Assembly: GCF_006345805.1 (NCBI RefSeq)
Contig: NC_043006.1
Span: 79,918,001 to 79,982,000 of the forward strand
Direction: 5' to 3'
Source: Octopus sinensis
Lineage: Eukaryota
DNA: 64,000 nt
Part shown: in pieces, positions 28,201-42,340 of the stretch
How positions within the stretch are numbered: the stretch's first letter is position 1
Layout: every line of letters starts with the position of its first letter
Notes under the pieces: generated by a model
Databases searched by the model: none
Seen by the model: the letters and a program-made list of their open reading frames with translations, nothing else
What the model was told of the DNA's origin: nothing
Program-made: the position numbers and the translations under genes

Positions 28201-29502
28201 TATTAACACTTTAGCCGTCCCAGTTATAAGTTACAGCTACAATATCCTTAACTGGACACTAAATGACCTGACCAACATAGATAGGAAAACAAGAAAAATA
28301 ATGACAGGATCTAAGATGCATCACCCAAAATCTGACATAGAAAGACTATATATACAACGTATAGAAGGTGGTAGAGGCCTTATACAGCTGGAAAACTACT
28401 ATAAAATAACCCCACCATAGGACTGCAAAAATATCTACTCCAGAAGGAAAGAAAACTGATACAAATAGCGGCAAAACACGAGCAGAAGAAAAAACTGTTC
28501 TCAGTATTTAAGGAAGCCGAGAAATACAAACAAGACATCATACCACCTAACAAATATGAAGAAGATGAAGAAACAACAAAAGCTATAAAACAAATGAAAT
28601 CCAAACTAAAACTAGAACAGCAAAGACCCATGATAAGACGATGGCAAGAAAAGTCCCTTCATGGTAAATACTGGACTAAACTAAATGCAAAAGAAATAGA
28701 CAAAGAAAAATCCCAGCAATGGTTGAGAAGCTCAGGACTCAAAGCAGAGACAGAGGGATTTTTAATTACAGCACAAGACCAAAGCCTCCCCACCAGAAAT
28801 TACCAAAAACATGTAATGAAAAGAAATATAACAAGTAACTGCAGAATATGTGGAGATGGACAAGAAACAATAAATCATATTATCTCTGGCTGCCCAGTCC
28901 TTGCTAAGAAGGAATATATTCACAGACACGACAGAGTTGGGACCTACATACACTAGAAGCTATGCCAACATTATGGAATAACAACAGAAAAAAGATGGTA
29001 TAGGCACACACCAGAAAAGGTCAGAGAAAACGAGAAAGCAACCATACTCTGGGATATGCCGATACACACAGATAGAGAAATTAAGGCCAACAGACCAGAT
29101 ATATTTGTCAGAGATCATGAAGAAAAAAATGTTTTCTAATAGGTGTATCAATACCAGCGGATGACAACGTTTCTCTAAAAGAAATGGAGAAACTTTCAAA
29201 ATACAAAGACCTGGAAATAGAGGTAACCAGAATGTGGAATCTAAAAACAGAAACAATTCCTATCATAGTAGGTGCATTAGGCATGATAAAAAAATATTCA
29301 GACAAATACATAACAAAAACACCAGGACTTACAAACACATATAACATACAGAAAATTGCACTACTAGGCACTGCGCACAACCTACGCAAAACACTTTCCA
29401 TACAATAACCATCAGAGCATCACAACAAATCCCGGCACATACCCAAGGCACACAGAGCTGCGCTCGGTAGTGAAGTGAAAGCACACTATAAAAATAAAAC
29501 TA

Positions 29503-29505
<3 letters not shown>
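25204..29505 (+). mobile_element. Dong/R4-clade non-LTR retrotransposon (RT + CCHC + RLE endonuclease), near full length, multiply disrupted
   Basis: RHKWIREEY N-terminus; NWKAPGHD, NYRPITCL, EEQKGC, WIDYRKAFDSIPH, GIFQGDTLSPLLF, LYMDD; CRICG...HIISGC..RHDRV; RPD...SIP...EKLSKYKDL. (TAA)n on both sides. Internal tandem duplication at ~26020-26300. Confidence 0.92.
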
Positions 29506-29560
<55 letters not shown>

Positions 29561-29561
<1 letters not shown>

Positions 29562-30085
29562 ATGGCTTCTGATCTTAACTGATTGGAAGTGTTATTATGT
29601 ACATTGTTTTGTCTTGGTATAAAAGATGGGCTACAGCAAATATTCTGCTCAATACCACAGATTTGCTTGTCAGTTGTTTGGCCTTAACCAGTTGAGCATG
29701 TCCCTTAGTGGCTGACGATATGTGCATCTCTGATCACGAGCAGAAGTAGTGGGGGAGCATCATGGCCATGTGTTGAGAGGGATTCTTTGGGGTTTGAATA
29801 ATTCACCTCTGGAAACATAGGTGTTTCGTTCAACATCCTAAAGCAACCCTTATTCAGGGACCTTTTGAGCAGGATGGGCTACTCAACCTGAAGAAAATTC
29901 TAACTGGGCCCCACCTGCAAGGTCATGTGCTGTTTATCTTGATATGAGATCACCATGTCGCGCACATATGGTTGTGATGCATGTGCCTGGTGTACCTTTA
30001 TCAGACGGGTAGTCATGATGGGTATATTGGGCTTCGTATATTTTACCCCAGTGTCACTTTGATGGCATGAACTGCTCTCTCACTC
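29561..30085 (+). mobile_element. Non-coding element bounded by (TAA)n, probably the 3' portion of another TAA-targeting retroelement
   Basis: Higher-GC 525-bp block sandwiched between TAA tracts, ending ctctctcactc-(aat)n. No ORF. Identity is inferred. Confidence 0.4.
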
Positions 30086-30184
30086 AATAATAATAATAAT
30101 AATAGGGAATATAACTCCAAAATTACAGGGAAAAATCAATTTAGTATTAAATCAAATATCAAAATATAAATATATAAAATATAG

Positions 30185-30459
30185 ATTAGAGATAAAACCA
30201 CTATTATGCAACTCAAACAGTGATTGACTATAATTTTAAATTGAATTTATTTCAATTAAATTTAAATTTAATTGTAATTCGAATGTAACTGTAGCTATGA
30301 AACGTACGTAGTTTTTTTTTTTACTTATATATTGATTATTCATTTTATACTTGTTGAGATTTAGTTATATGTTTTATAAAAATATATTCTATTTGTTATT
30401 TATGTTTTGGTTTATGTCTATCACTGTTTGAGTTGCATAATAGTGGTTTTATCTCTAAT
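30185..30459. repeat. 40-bp perfect inverted repeat pair (30185-30224 / 30420-30459)
   Basis: attagagataaaaccactattatgcaactcaaacagtgat and its exact reverse complement; adjacent to (TA)n. Confidence 0.85.
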
Positions 30460-30464
30460 TTATA

Positions 30465-30503
<39 letters not shown>

Positions 30504-30527
30504 AGAGTTTACGAAAAAAACATATAT

Positions 30528-30600
<73 letters not shown>

Positions 30601-31543
30601 TATGTATATATATAATTATATATACAACAGGATTTCAAACATTATCAAATTTATTCACAGGGCGTGTGCCTAAGATGCCGCCAGTGGGTTGTACACAAAA
30701 CAACATGGTTGGAAAGTGAGCTCTGAATCACACAACCATGATTGCGTTTTGTCGCATTTTGCAACCACCTTTATTATACTACACTTCTAATTATAAATAT
30801 GTAAACTTTTGTCATTCTACCAAGTATTGTTTTAAAAGCATAAAAATTAGTATCGTCATATTCATTGACCAATCATTTCTAGGCTATATCTATAATTCAG
30901 TACTGTAGTAGTTTTATCATTTCTTGGCAGCTTTGCTATTTCATGGTATTAGACAACCAAGTGTGTTCGAAGTTTATATTCTTCATAGTTGCAGGTACGT
31001 CTCATTATATACTTAGAATTTCTGTATTGTTTATCGATGTCTGTTTAGAAAGTAATGTGTTCAATAGGAGTTCTTCCTATTGCAAAATTCTCCAATGAAA
31101 GTTTTATTTGCACAAGGTACTTGCATTCTTTTTCGTTTTGAAATCTATTGCTGATTTTATTTGACTACACCATGTGCTTCTCACGGTCCCGCATAAAAAA
31201 GTTACGAGAAACAAGTGGGTAAATCTGACAGCTTGTAGTACCTAATATCGTTGTTAAATCGTTGTATTTGTGTTGTTTTGAAACGTTTATTCCATTTCTG
31301 GACAACGATTCGTAATGTGAATCCTGTTGCATCAACAACGCTAAACGTTGAACACACATACGAATACATAAATAGATGCGCATGGTTGAGTGATGAGAAG
31401 TTTCTTTCTCTACCACATAGTACCATTGCGTCGCATTTTGAGTGTCTTCTAATATAACCTTGAGCATACAAGTGGATTGCAAACAGATTCGGCGAACGAA
31501 AACTAAGGGAAAGTTGGTGTATACACATACATATATATGAATG

Positions 31544-31580
<37 letters not shown>

Positions 31581-31674
31581 ACACACATACGCATATATAT
31601 ATATTATATATATGATACACATATATAATGTATAATGTATGTAATATATATATAATATATAGTATATCTTGCGC

Positions 31675-32170
31675 CATTTTAAAGCCTAGCCGGGCTCATG
31701 GACCCGGTTTCCCGGTTTCAATGGAGTATGTGTTCCCCAGCTGGACGGGACGCCAGTCCATCGCAGCGGTAATCCTTTTTGTCAGCTGAGTGGACTGGAG
31801 CAACGTGAAATGAAGTGTTTTGCTCAAGAAGACAACGCGTCCCCCGGCCCAGGAATCTAAACCACGATCTTACGATCATATTGCTGACACCCTAACCATT
31901 AAGCCACGCGCATCCACAAATAATAAATGTTCTTTCTCGAGCCATGCCAGGCTCATAAGGGTCGGTTTCCCGTTTTCAGTGGCGTAGAAATTCCCCATAC
32001 GGACGGGACGCCAGTCTATCGCAGGTTTACTCATTTTTGCCAGTGGACTGGCAGCAACGTGAAATGAAGTGTTTTGCTCAAGAACACAACGCATCGCCCG
32101 GGCCAGGAATCGAAGCCACAACCTTACGATCAAGAGTTCAACACTCTAACCACTAAGCCACCTTTCTCCA
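31675..32170 (-). mobile_element. Two tandem tRNA-derived SINEs (family C)
   Basis: 31675-31915 and 31935-32170 are homologous. Minus-strand heads tggcttaatgg/tggcttagtgg (A box) and ttcgattcc-like B box; shared ggacgggacgccagtc.atcgcag core. Confidence 0.82.
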
Positions 32171-32199
32171 CATATAATATATAATATATATAATATACA

Positions 32200-32450
32200 G
32201 TCCAAGGACTGGATATTCTGGCGGTACCGCCATTTACCTTGCTACACTTTCACTAAGCCTCCTCTCTTGTGTGACAGTTGGTGGATGAGTGAGTTTGACG
32301 TTGCTACCCTCATCTGTGTTTCTTGCCTTGAGGTAGGTTCATCCGGAACTCTTGACAGGAGATCCAGTTTTGTTTTAAAGAAGCCTACTTCGATGCCATG
32401 TAGATTTCTCAGGCTTTGTACGAGGATATTGAAGAACTGTGGGCCCTGAA
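32200..32450 (-). mobile_element. CR1-group LINE 3' fragment
   Basis: Minus strand [42 protein letters not shown], a typical CR1-like C-terminus. Confidence 0.62.
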
Positions 32451-32779
32451 GTTAAAGATGTTGCAGTATCTGGTTCTGTATCTAGATGGCAATGATAGGA
32501 TTCTTGCTACAATGCAGTGACGCCAGTCCTACTGTTTATGTAACTGACAATGCCAAAGTCTTGCACAAATTTTTCTAGGATTTTCCCGATGTATATTACT
32601 GCATATCTTTCTCGCCTGTTTGAATGCAGCTACTGAACATAAACTGGGCTGATACCTTCCATATTTTTTTGGGACGAGTGTATGTATTATGTAACGGTGT
32701 TGGTACTTGGAATGTGCCATACAGCCATGCCATAGGTAGCTCTAATCTGTTTGGTTCATTTTCTATGAATCTCTTCTTT

Positions 32780-33075
32780 AATTGGTTTCTGTGTCTTTTT
32801 CAAGAACATTTTTGCTTTTTATCCCATACATCATTTTTCCTATGTACTTTGTAATTTCGCCTTCTTCTCAGTACTGTTTTCCGTTTTTATACAATCTCAT
32901 ATACAACCTTATCACCAAAAAATTTGATATGTCCTTTCTGGCACTGCTTCTTTCCTCGCCAGGTAGCAGTTTATCAAGTACTGATTTCACCTTCCTCGCG
33001 AATATCAGTTCTGCTGGTGAACTTCCTGCTGGTGTATTCGGGTTCGGTATCACCCTGTGCACTCTTAAAAATTTT
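32780..33075 (-). mobile_element. Ty3/Gypsy integrase C-terminal remnant
   Basis: HRVIPNPNTPAGSSPAELIFARKVKSVLDKLLP matches the YRxTP...SPAELxFGRxxRxxL motif; followed by G.I.K.IG..MY.IK. Confidence 0.65.
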
Positions 33076-33114
33076 TGAAGAGTGACTTCGTTTATGAGGT
33101 CCTTGTTTACTTTT

Positions 33115-33334
33115 CTTATTTCTTTGTTATTTCTTTACTGCTCGCAAGGGGCTACATACAGAGGAGACAAACAAGGACAGACAAGCGGATTAAGTTGATT
33201 ATATCGACCCCAGTGCGAAACTGGTACTTATTTAATCGACCCCGAAAGGATGAAAGGCAAAGTCGACCTCGACGGAATTTGAACTCAGAACGTAGCGACA
33301 GACGAAATACCTATTTCTTTACTACCCACAAGGG
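33115..33334 (-). mobile_element. SINE family B fragment(s) abutting the truncated GPCR 5' end
   Basis: Reverse complement of 2803-3037 (ctggtacttatttaatcgaccccgaaaggatgaaaggcaaagtcgacctc..cggaatttgaactcagaacg). Confidence 0.8.
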
Positions 33335-33339
33335 GATTG

Positions 33340-34761
33340 TGATAACAATAATAAGGAACAAATAATGGCATGTGAGTCTGAGCCAATGGCATTGATATAT
33401 GTAGAGACGGAACCATACTATGTAGATGGTAAACATAAATATCATAAAGTTTACAAAAACAAAGGTTGTGCTACATGCAACGAGATTTCCAGTGGTATTT
33501 ATAAAGTGAATTATCTTGAAATAGCTGGCAGAGTAGAACTTTTTCCCCAAACAAAACTTTTTGATTATCATACCAATACTGTAAAGGTAACAAATAAATT
33601 AAACAAAACGGAAAATAGACATGTACAGTCGCCCTCCTGTCCAAAATACGCTATCTACGATTTATCTACCATCCGCCGCTAAAATGTATGACAACAAAAT
33701 TGAATGAATCTGAGTATTACGTCACTAATGATGGTCTTCTCTACTTAAATAATACCCATCGTTTGCTGAACCAATCAGAATTCATTCGTGATTCTCAAGG
33801 TATAATAAGTATTTGTGTAAACAATGGTACAAATGATATATCAAACATCAATGGTATATCAAAGTATTCCGTAGCTGAGAGCTATATCACATTAGTGGGA
33901 CTCGTAATCTCTATTCCGGCTCAGATAATCACTATTATAGTCTATCTCTGTATACCTGATCTCCGTACCTTACCAGGTAAATTACTCATTAGTCTTTTGT
34001 CAGCACTGTTTGTAGCTGAGCTTCTGTTTCTTATCTCATCACAAATCACTACATCTCTAGTGATGTGTAAATATTTAGCTATAGTGATGCATTATTCCCT
34101 TCTAGCGACTATCTTCTGGATGAATGTCATGTCTTTTGATGCCTGGCACACTTTCTCAGGACTCACACAAATTCGAAGTAAAGGAAAACATACCAAGAGA
34201 TTTGTATTATATTCCTTGTATGCTTGGATCTGTCCACTTGTAATAGTAACAGTATCACTGATATTTGAGTATATTCCTGGAAATCACGGACTTTATCCAG
34301 AATATGGAAATAGTATTTGCTGGATAACAAATGGAAAAAATCTACTATGGTTTTTTGCAATCCCCGTAATGATTATTTTATGTCTTAATTTCGTAGCATT
34401 TACCCTCACCGCTAGAGGACTCTACTTGGCACGCAAACTTTCTTCGAAATATTTACGAAAACATAATGAAATGGAGTTCATCATTTGTGTAAAACTATTC
34501 TTTATCATGGGATTAACGTGGACATTCGCATTTCTGTATACGTTTACAAGAATTGAATAATTTTCTCTATTATTTTGTATTTTAAACTCATTCGTTGGAT
34601 TATTTATTTGTGTATCATTTCTATCAACAAAGACTGTCCGTCCCAATATTCTCCAGAATTTTCAAATAATTATAAAACTGCCCTCAAAAAAATCTGTTGA
34701 TGTAACTTCTTCTCGTAAAACAACACGAACGGATATACCTACCAAAGGGTCTGTTAAGTAA
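33340..34761 (+). pseudogene. Methuselah-like/class-B GPCR pseudogene (paralog of 62147-64000)
   Basis: Highly similar to the 62 kb copy. Lacks the signal peptide and SMB-like region (homology begins at the SINE). 25-nt deletion at ~33661 causes a frameshift. GAA>TAA at 34558 before TM7; the frame continues FSLLFCILNSFVGLFICVSF...GSVK* to 34761. TM motifs LRTLPGK, C..LA..MHY..LA..FWMNVMSFD, YAW..P, CWI, VKLF.IMGLTW. Confidence 0.9.
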
Positions 34762-36880
34762 CTCTGCAGTTTTGTAGTTACACAAAATTTGTGTGAATTA
34801 ATAAGTGTGGTTACTCAATATCGACAGTGGAAAGAAGAAGAAAATGATGGATAATAAATTATATTAAATTTGAATTTACGACAGGTTGGTCGTAACTGGA
34901 ATGCCTTTCACCATAGATCTTCGTGATTGTGAATCAGCTGAAGTTACCATGACAACAATTAAAATCAGTTTGAACGGAAAATCCTCAGATGCCGATTCGA
35001 AAAAAACAAAAGAAAAGTAATGTTTTCTGGAATCTATTGAAATTCATATAAGATAAACATCTTACAAGTGTAAAAATCATGTCTATTTCTCTCAGACCAG
35101 TTCTCCTGTTCTTAAATATATAAAAATTTTCTTGTTCACGTCAACTGTTGAATGGACTCACTTTTTGATGCAAACTACATATAGTTTGTAATTTTATTGT
35201 ATTCTTTACATGAGGTGCTCATTTATCTTTTGTTGACCTAACATTTTATGAATATGCGAATTGTTTTTATGAAATTTGAGCTCGCTCATGTCTCTGATTG
35301 TCTCTTATTTCGGTCAAACGATTTGAAAGAATCATGCAAAATTTGCTAATCTAGCAATTGTTATGGAATTAAGTTTCCTAACTTATATAATCTCATTCTC
35401 TTCCTATCTTATATAATCACTTCATCCCCACAAATGTACACACATATTGAGTAATTATGAAATAAAAAGCCTTTTAGAAAACGCTTTGGAAAAAAATTAT
35501 TGCGTCACATGAGACGGGATTTGTAGAGAGAGTTGTGTGTGATAAGAGACTATTATTTGTGTATCACATTTGCATCCCAACTCTATTAATTATGATTATT
35601 TATCGTTTTTGATTATCCAACTATTTCCCTGCTGATAAGCTCTTGTTTGTCCAGGAAACAAGATGTTGCTGTGCGTTTCCTTTTCCGTCCGTAAAACGTT
35701 ATCTACGGAGAGATCTGATGTTGTTAAAAGGAATGCTGAGAACATCGCATCAGTTTTATAATATTTTCAACAAGTCTTTTGGTCTTTTTGCATAAGAAAA
35801 TAATTGTTTCGCCTTGAGCAAAATCGGTTTATTGTAAACGCTATTTCTAATTGTGGTATTACTTCCATATAAATGTGTTAAATCAATGACATTAAATTTT
35901 ATCCAAACCACAATATATATACCATATAATAATCAGACGATGTCGACTCCTCAACCGTTATTCTTATTGCCTAATACATAGTAAAACAACGGGATTAAAT
36001 GAATCATAATATCCTGTCATTAATGATGAGCATTTTAACTTACGTACTCTATGTCTGTAATATTAAATTATATAAAGAGAATATAATAAAAAGCACTTCA
36101 TAAATACAAAATTTCTTTTTTTATTACGTGTTGAATACCCATGTTCCTCTATACGTTTATGAAGACTGAAAAGCCTCTCTGTTATAGTCATTCTTTCTAT
36201 TAATATAACTTGCCTGCTTCTATTTCAAATGCTGAACGAAAGTTGAAAGTTATCTTCCATGAAATTTACCGATATAGTTTGAGCTTCTCAATAAACGTTA
36301 TCAGTAGATTTTAAGTAACATTACTGCAGGTTTCTGTGTAAACGTGAACTGATATTGCTAATGTTGTTGGGAAAGCGTAACATTTCTTGCCTAATCCGTT
36401 CTCTGAATCGAGTCCAGTCAATATTAATTCTGAAAGCTCGGCTCGTGTTGTATATTTCCAGTTAGCCTTGCTGTTCCAATCTTCATTTGAAGCCATATTT
36501 ATTCCATTTATGTAACTAATATATATGAATTTGCATGAAGGAAAAAGTGTCCCTTTTTTTATAATTATCTAAATTACAAAACCTTTGCGCTAATATTATT
36601 ATGAAATCAAAGCAATTAATCAATACCGTTTAATTTACTGCTCTATGAATTACAAAAGATTTTGCTAAACTATCTGAGATTTTAACGTAAGCTTAATGAA
36701 TATATGTTGTGTGAAGTAAATATTCATTCTAATCATATTTTGTATTATTTCTCCCCTTTCAAAAAATAAATAATAGTTAGGATTAGTGAAAATTTATTAA
36801 AACGTAAGTAAATTTGCAATATAAGCTAACTGGGTTAACTTATGTGTACTTTCATCTACGTGATTTGTAACTAAGGAATC

Positions 36881-37069
36881 TTATTTGGAAATAATGAAAA
36901 GTTTTCTAAGTAAATGTGCGCATTTTACTGCTAATTTGTTTCTGGGATTAAATAATCTGAAAGTACAAGTAAGGATATAGAATGATTCTTCCAAGCAGAG
37001 ATCACATTTCGAATACCCAACGGTATATTTAGTGTTCATATCATTTAAAGTCCAAGTGAGCCCACTCAA
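36881..37069 (-). mobile_element. Penelope-like GIY-YIG C-terminal remnant
   Basis: SKCDLCLEESFYI...LFNPRNKL..KCAH resembles the CxLCxxE...LNxRxE...CxH tail of PLE endonucleases. Confidence 0.6.
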
Positions 37070-39378
37070 AGCCGTGTAATTTACTTTTTTTAAAACCTAA
37101 TTGGCAGAATATTTGTTTAGCCCAAATTATTGCAGCACACAAGTTTAAAAAAAATTAGTGTATTCACTAGTTGGAACCTAATAACCACATATAATAGAAC
37201 TAATATAAATAATAATAATAATATGACTGGTAAAATGATAACTAAACAGGTAAGGAACGTCATAATATGAATGATTTTAAGGAGATAATGAAGATCTGTT
37301 TGTGTTTGGTTAGAGGTAATAGTGAAAAACAATAATGAATTTACGGAATCTAGTGTAAGGGAAGTAACTGAGACGAAACTCATTAATTAATGGAAGCGAG
37401 TAAGGAATCCTATAGCACAGCGAATTTAATTTATATCGAAACCTTATATAACCATAGAGTGATACTTAATACCATAGACGGAGCAGATGATATTCTGCTT
37501 TTAGCAAGCATAGGGTTAATGCTAATAAGTATTATTGTAACAATTACATCATATCCACGTTACCTACCAATATTAGGCTTCACGAAATATTCTCTGTTTA
37601 TGTAACGAGTCCTCTGATTTGAAGTCAGTGTTTTATGTGCCGCCTACGAAGCTCTCGGCCTTTGAGTAACTTTTGTAACATTCTTGCGATTAAAAATAAA
37701 AAAGATGATATATTCATATACTGAATTATGTTTCTCTTGTTTGTTCAATCAGAAATTAATTTATTTATTTATTCATGTATGCATGTAAAGTGTGAACGTT
37801 AAGTCTACATACATGAGCGAAAATAATATTATTCAATAATATTATTGAACTACATTAAAGAATAACATTTTCAACATGGTTTTCATCTGTGATTTTCACT
37901 GAGTACACCTTCTCCATCATACGTCAGAAAAAGACGTGAAACGAACTAATATCTGATGAGAGACGAAACCTACTCTACACAGTCATTATTAGCGATATTA
38001 ATGAATAAGTCATGTTTCCCCTGTGTATAGACTTCATGCTTGCCATGTATCTTTGTATGTATGTATGTATGTATGTATGTGCTTGTGTGTGTGTGTATGT
38101 GTGTGTGTGTATGTGTGTGTTTGTGTATGTAGGTATAGATGTTTAGGAGTATAATTGAATATGTATGTACATGTATGCATAAAGTTTTACGAATACACGC
38201 ACACACGCATACACACACATATATGTATTTTTCATGTATATATGATCGTACATACGGTCACTGGTATACACATAGAAGAAGAGAGTCAAATGCAAATGCA
38301 TACTGGTTGATATTGGGAGCAATCGATAGTTAAGTGAAAGGAAATGTGAAAGAACCAATAGAGTAATAGTGATTCCAAATTTTGGCAAAAAGGTAGCAAT
38401 TATCGAGGAGTGGTCGTGACGGAATTTGAACTGAGAATGTAAAGACGGATGAAATGCTGCGAAGTATTTTGCCTTGTGTTCTAATGGTTCTGCCAGCCCA
38501 TTGCCTTAACGGGTAATTTAATATCAACATGTAATAAGGTTTATCAAATAAATCTTCAATGGATGGACTTTTGTGAAAATCCGTTCGATTTTCGATAACA
38601 TCTGCCTGTGATCTAAGATTTGAAAACGGTAGTGGAAGAATAAACAACAAAAGATGAATCAGTTTTAAAGCATTTTAAAACAGATTGATTGTTATGAGAA
38701 TTTGTGATTATATTTTGAAATATGATGTAAGTTTGAATTCTCAGTAATTTATTCATACGTAAACAAAAAATAATGAAAAAACATCTGCTAAAATTGTGAA
38801 TATGTAGTTTGGTCTAGAAGCTTTGGTAATCTTCTTGAGAAAGTTTAATCCAGAGAAGCCGATGTGCATTTTTGGATCGAAAATATACAAAATAGGGTTA
38901 GAGGCAGTTTAAGAAAGGAAGAAAACTTGTGTTTACATTATTTACACTGGACGGATATGTGTCATCTTGTTTGTTGTAACCACAACGTTTCGGCTGATTT
39001 AAACATAGGAATAATACAAACTTATTGAATAGCCGTTCCGAACTAGGGAAATCTTGTATACTTTGTGCTACCCGTACGTTTAAGTATTTTAAATAATAAC
39101 ATTCTGACCATATCTAAATTTTGAAATTTTAATAATTTGAAACCAAATAAAAAATTTATATACCATACAAGATTTTATGATTCTGGGTATTAATATTATT
39201 TAGGAACAAGCTGTTTTCAATTTCATTACTAGAGCTGTTATTCGCATTAGTGTTATTTCCCTTATCAATAATTATATTGTTATATAAGTTAGGGTTGTTT
39301 GTTATTAATCTTTTCCCAATTTCGTAACATTCCACATTTTTATATCATTGATATTATCATTATTATTGCTAATATTAA

Positions 39379-39469
<91 letters not shown>

Positions 39470-39489
39470 GTTCTTGTTGTTACTATTTA

Positions 39490-40300
39490 TTCCATTTCTA
39501 GCTAACTTGATATTTTTTCTATTTAGTCTAGCTCTTTTGGTACACATATTTGGAAGAGTAGAGTATGATATTCTTACTGATCTATTAGAAATTATTCTAT
39601 AATATTTATGGGAAACAGGGAAGTTTCTTTCTAGTATAGACTTAAATTTGCCGTATATGTTCGTAGAAATCGTATAGTTGAAGGGGATATTTAACCATAC
39701 AACATTTTTTCTTTTGAATTATTTTTAATTGAGTAAGGTTGGGAAGATTAATGTTATCTATATCCTTCAGAGATTCGTTATTCTCTTTAGTCTTATATTT
39801 ATGTTTATTAGGTTTTTTCTTTGTTGGAGAGATTTTTTTTATAATTATTTATATTTATTTTATTTAGCTTAAACTTTTTATACTTATTTATGATCTGTTT
39901 ACCATTTCTAATTATTGTATCATGTTTATATACTAGGTTACTCGTTTCAATTGATTTATATTTTTTTTAAATAGAAGATTCTATATAATTTCCGCTATTT
40001 TCATTCATTTATTCATTTGAAAGAACTATATCATCAAGATCTAAGAAGGTGATTTCCTGGTCGTATCCAGCTCCAGATAAAGCAACATTATAATGATTTG
40101 AGTGAGAATTAAAAATTTCATTGTTAGATGATAATGTTAGATGATAAATAATTAATATACTATACTAACTTATATTTAACCTGCATAGATTACTAAGAAA
40201 TTTCATTGTATATATAAATCTGAATATAATGATATTAGAATTTTTTCGATACTCTCCTATATAGGATGGAAACATACTCTATATATCTAGGGAAATTACT
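39490..40300 (-). mobile_element. Degenerate Penelope-like RT-thumb remnant (second copy ~50130-50930)
   Basis: Minus strand LSSNNEIFNSHSNHYNVALSGAGY...KNVVWLNIPF..ISTNI.GKF..ILE.NFP.SHKYY.I.S..SVRISYSTLPN, the same motif series as 12300-12760. Confidence 0.7.
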
Positions 40301-41640
40301 TGGTTCATCTTGATTATCCCCCTTCCATTACTTTTTAATATATCTTATTGACTCCTGATATATTTATCAAATTGATAAAGTTTTTCTTCACAGTAAGTAA
40401 ATATTATGTATAACATATTCTTTCAATTCGACTCATTAATAAAACAAATCACCATTTACTAGCTAATTATGATTATATATCAATAGAAATGAAGATATAT
40501 AAATAAGAAATAACTGTAAAAAATTCTATATATCTAGAGAAATTACTTCGTTCATCACGATTACCTCCCTTTCATTACGTTTTTAATATATTTTATTGAC
40601 TCCTGATATATGTGCTAGATTAATAAAGTTTTTCTTTCCACAGTTAGTAAATATTATGTATAACATTTTCTTTTAATTCAACTCAATAAAAAATCACCAT
40701 TTACTAGCTAATTATGATTATATATTAATAGAAATGGATATATATAGATATATTTATATAAATATGATATGATTTCTATATTTTCTATCCCTATATAAGA
40801 TACTAAATTTATTGAAATTCTTTAGAAAATTATCTAAAGAATATTTACTTAAATTTCTTAATATGGAATCTGGATGTTAAATGGTAAGGGACATTAAAAC
40901 CTCTAGATCACTAGTAGTCTATGTTTCCCAACCCCTCTAACTTCACCCTACCAGCTTCTTGCTATAATACATTCAAATGTATCTAAACTGAATTCCTCAA
41001 AATGGGAACAGGTTTATGGTTTTAACATTTATACTACCCCTTCCTATATCTATAAATAGAAAAAATTCTTTGTCTCCATCAAACCAAAAATAAAATACAT
41101 CTCCCCACTGACAGATCTAAATAACAAAGTGAACTCAATGATAAAATCTACTGTCAGAGAGTGAATCTGCTGCTATCATAGAATGAAATCAACCTCTCTG
41201 TCTATATATCTACCCTCTTTATAATGTTGGCAAATGAAATAGGGCTAAGAATGTGCATGGTCCGTTTTACTGGAAAATTCTATAAGTGGGTGAAGATTGC
41301 TCGACATTTTAAAACTGATGTAATACTTACAGTGTTTAATAAAATGAAGTAGCATGAAAAAATTGTACTACTCTACCTCGGATATACATGTTGCTTATTT
41401 TGATTATAATCACCCCATTTGATTTATGTGGATAATTCCATACAAAATTCTGGTGCCTTTGACTTAAGTACAACGTTCATCTGAATCTAAATTTTGAACA
41501 AATCGACCTCAAGACTTAGTCTTTGTAAGCCTAGTATTTATTCTATTGGTCTCTCTTGCCGAACCGTTAAGTTACGGGGACATAAACCCACCAACGTCTG
41601 TTGTCTAGCGATGATGGGGAGACAAACACAGACAGACAAG

Positions 41641-41696
<56 letters not shown>

Positions 41697-41855
41697 AGAG
41701 ATAATGGTATCATTGAGACCCAAAGGTATCAGGTAATGCTGAATAAGTGCTATAGACAGACCATAGTTAAGTTCCAGATTCAGTGATATTCCGAATAAAG
41801 GGTTCAACGTTTGTTCTATGTCAGCGTGTGTATATAAGAATTTTTTGCGTAATAA

Positions 41856-42340
41856 GATAAAAAACCAAGGCTGTATAGATATTAGAGCCTTTATAGCTAG
41901 AAGGTCTTACAGCTGTTTCTGGGATATTAATTAATTATATCCCTTCATCGAAGACGGTGTGAGAGCAAAGTTAAGTCACAAATCTTTGACTCTGCATCAC
42001 TCTATATAAATTTCCTACTGGGAATGACCAAGTTTAAAAATCTGATGGATCTCAATCATAATGGAATCTTACATTGCTTATAAACTCTATATTTGGAAGG
42101 ACTCATATTAAACCCTGTTGGACTTTTGGATTTTACTCAAAAGATATTAGAATATTGCATATATACCATTATGCCTATAAAACGGATTTAGAACATTAAT
42201 ACCCATACATATCTTACATCTATTTTCTTTCCTCCACCTCACTCTTTAAACTAACGATGACTTAAGTTTCCTCTCACACCGTCTCCGATGAGGTGATATT
42301 ATTAATTAATATCCTAGAAACAGCTGCAAGACCTTCTCTC
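41856..42340. mobile_element. Inverted-repeat hammerhead element, same family as 4600-4952 (duplicate at ~52580-53070)
   Basis: gtcttacagctgtttctgggatat...cccttcatcgaagacggtgtgagag and ctctcacaccgtctccgatgaggtgatat...atatcctagaaacagctg(c/t)aagac, separated by a ~280-bp spacer. Confidence 0.72.

Noticed and set aside
35600-36500. Possible decayed DNA-transposase coding sequence on minus strand (ORF 36311-36496)
   Set aside because: Only a vague resemblance; no diagnostic motif can be supported without a profile search.
37953-37975. CTGATGAG-aga-CGAAAC (and 48658-48680), hammerhead-like core
   Set aside because: No stem III/NUH and no stem I partner downstream; at most a decayed motif.
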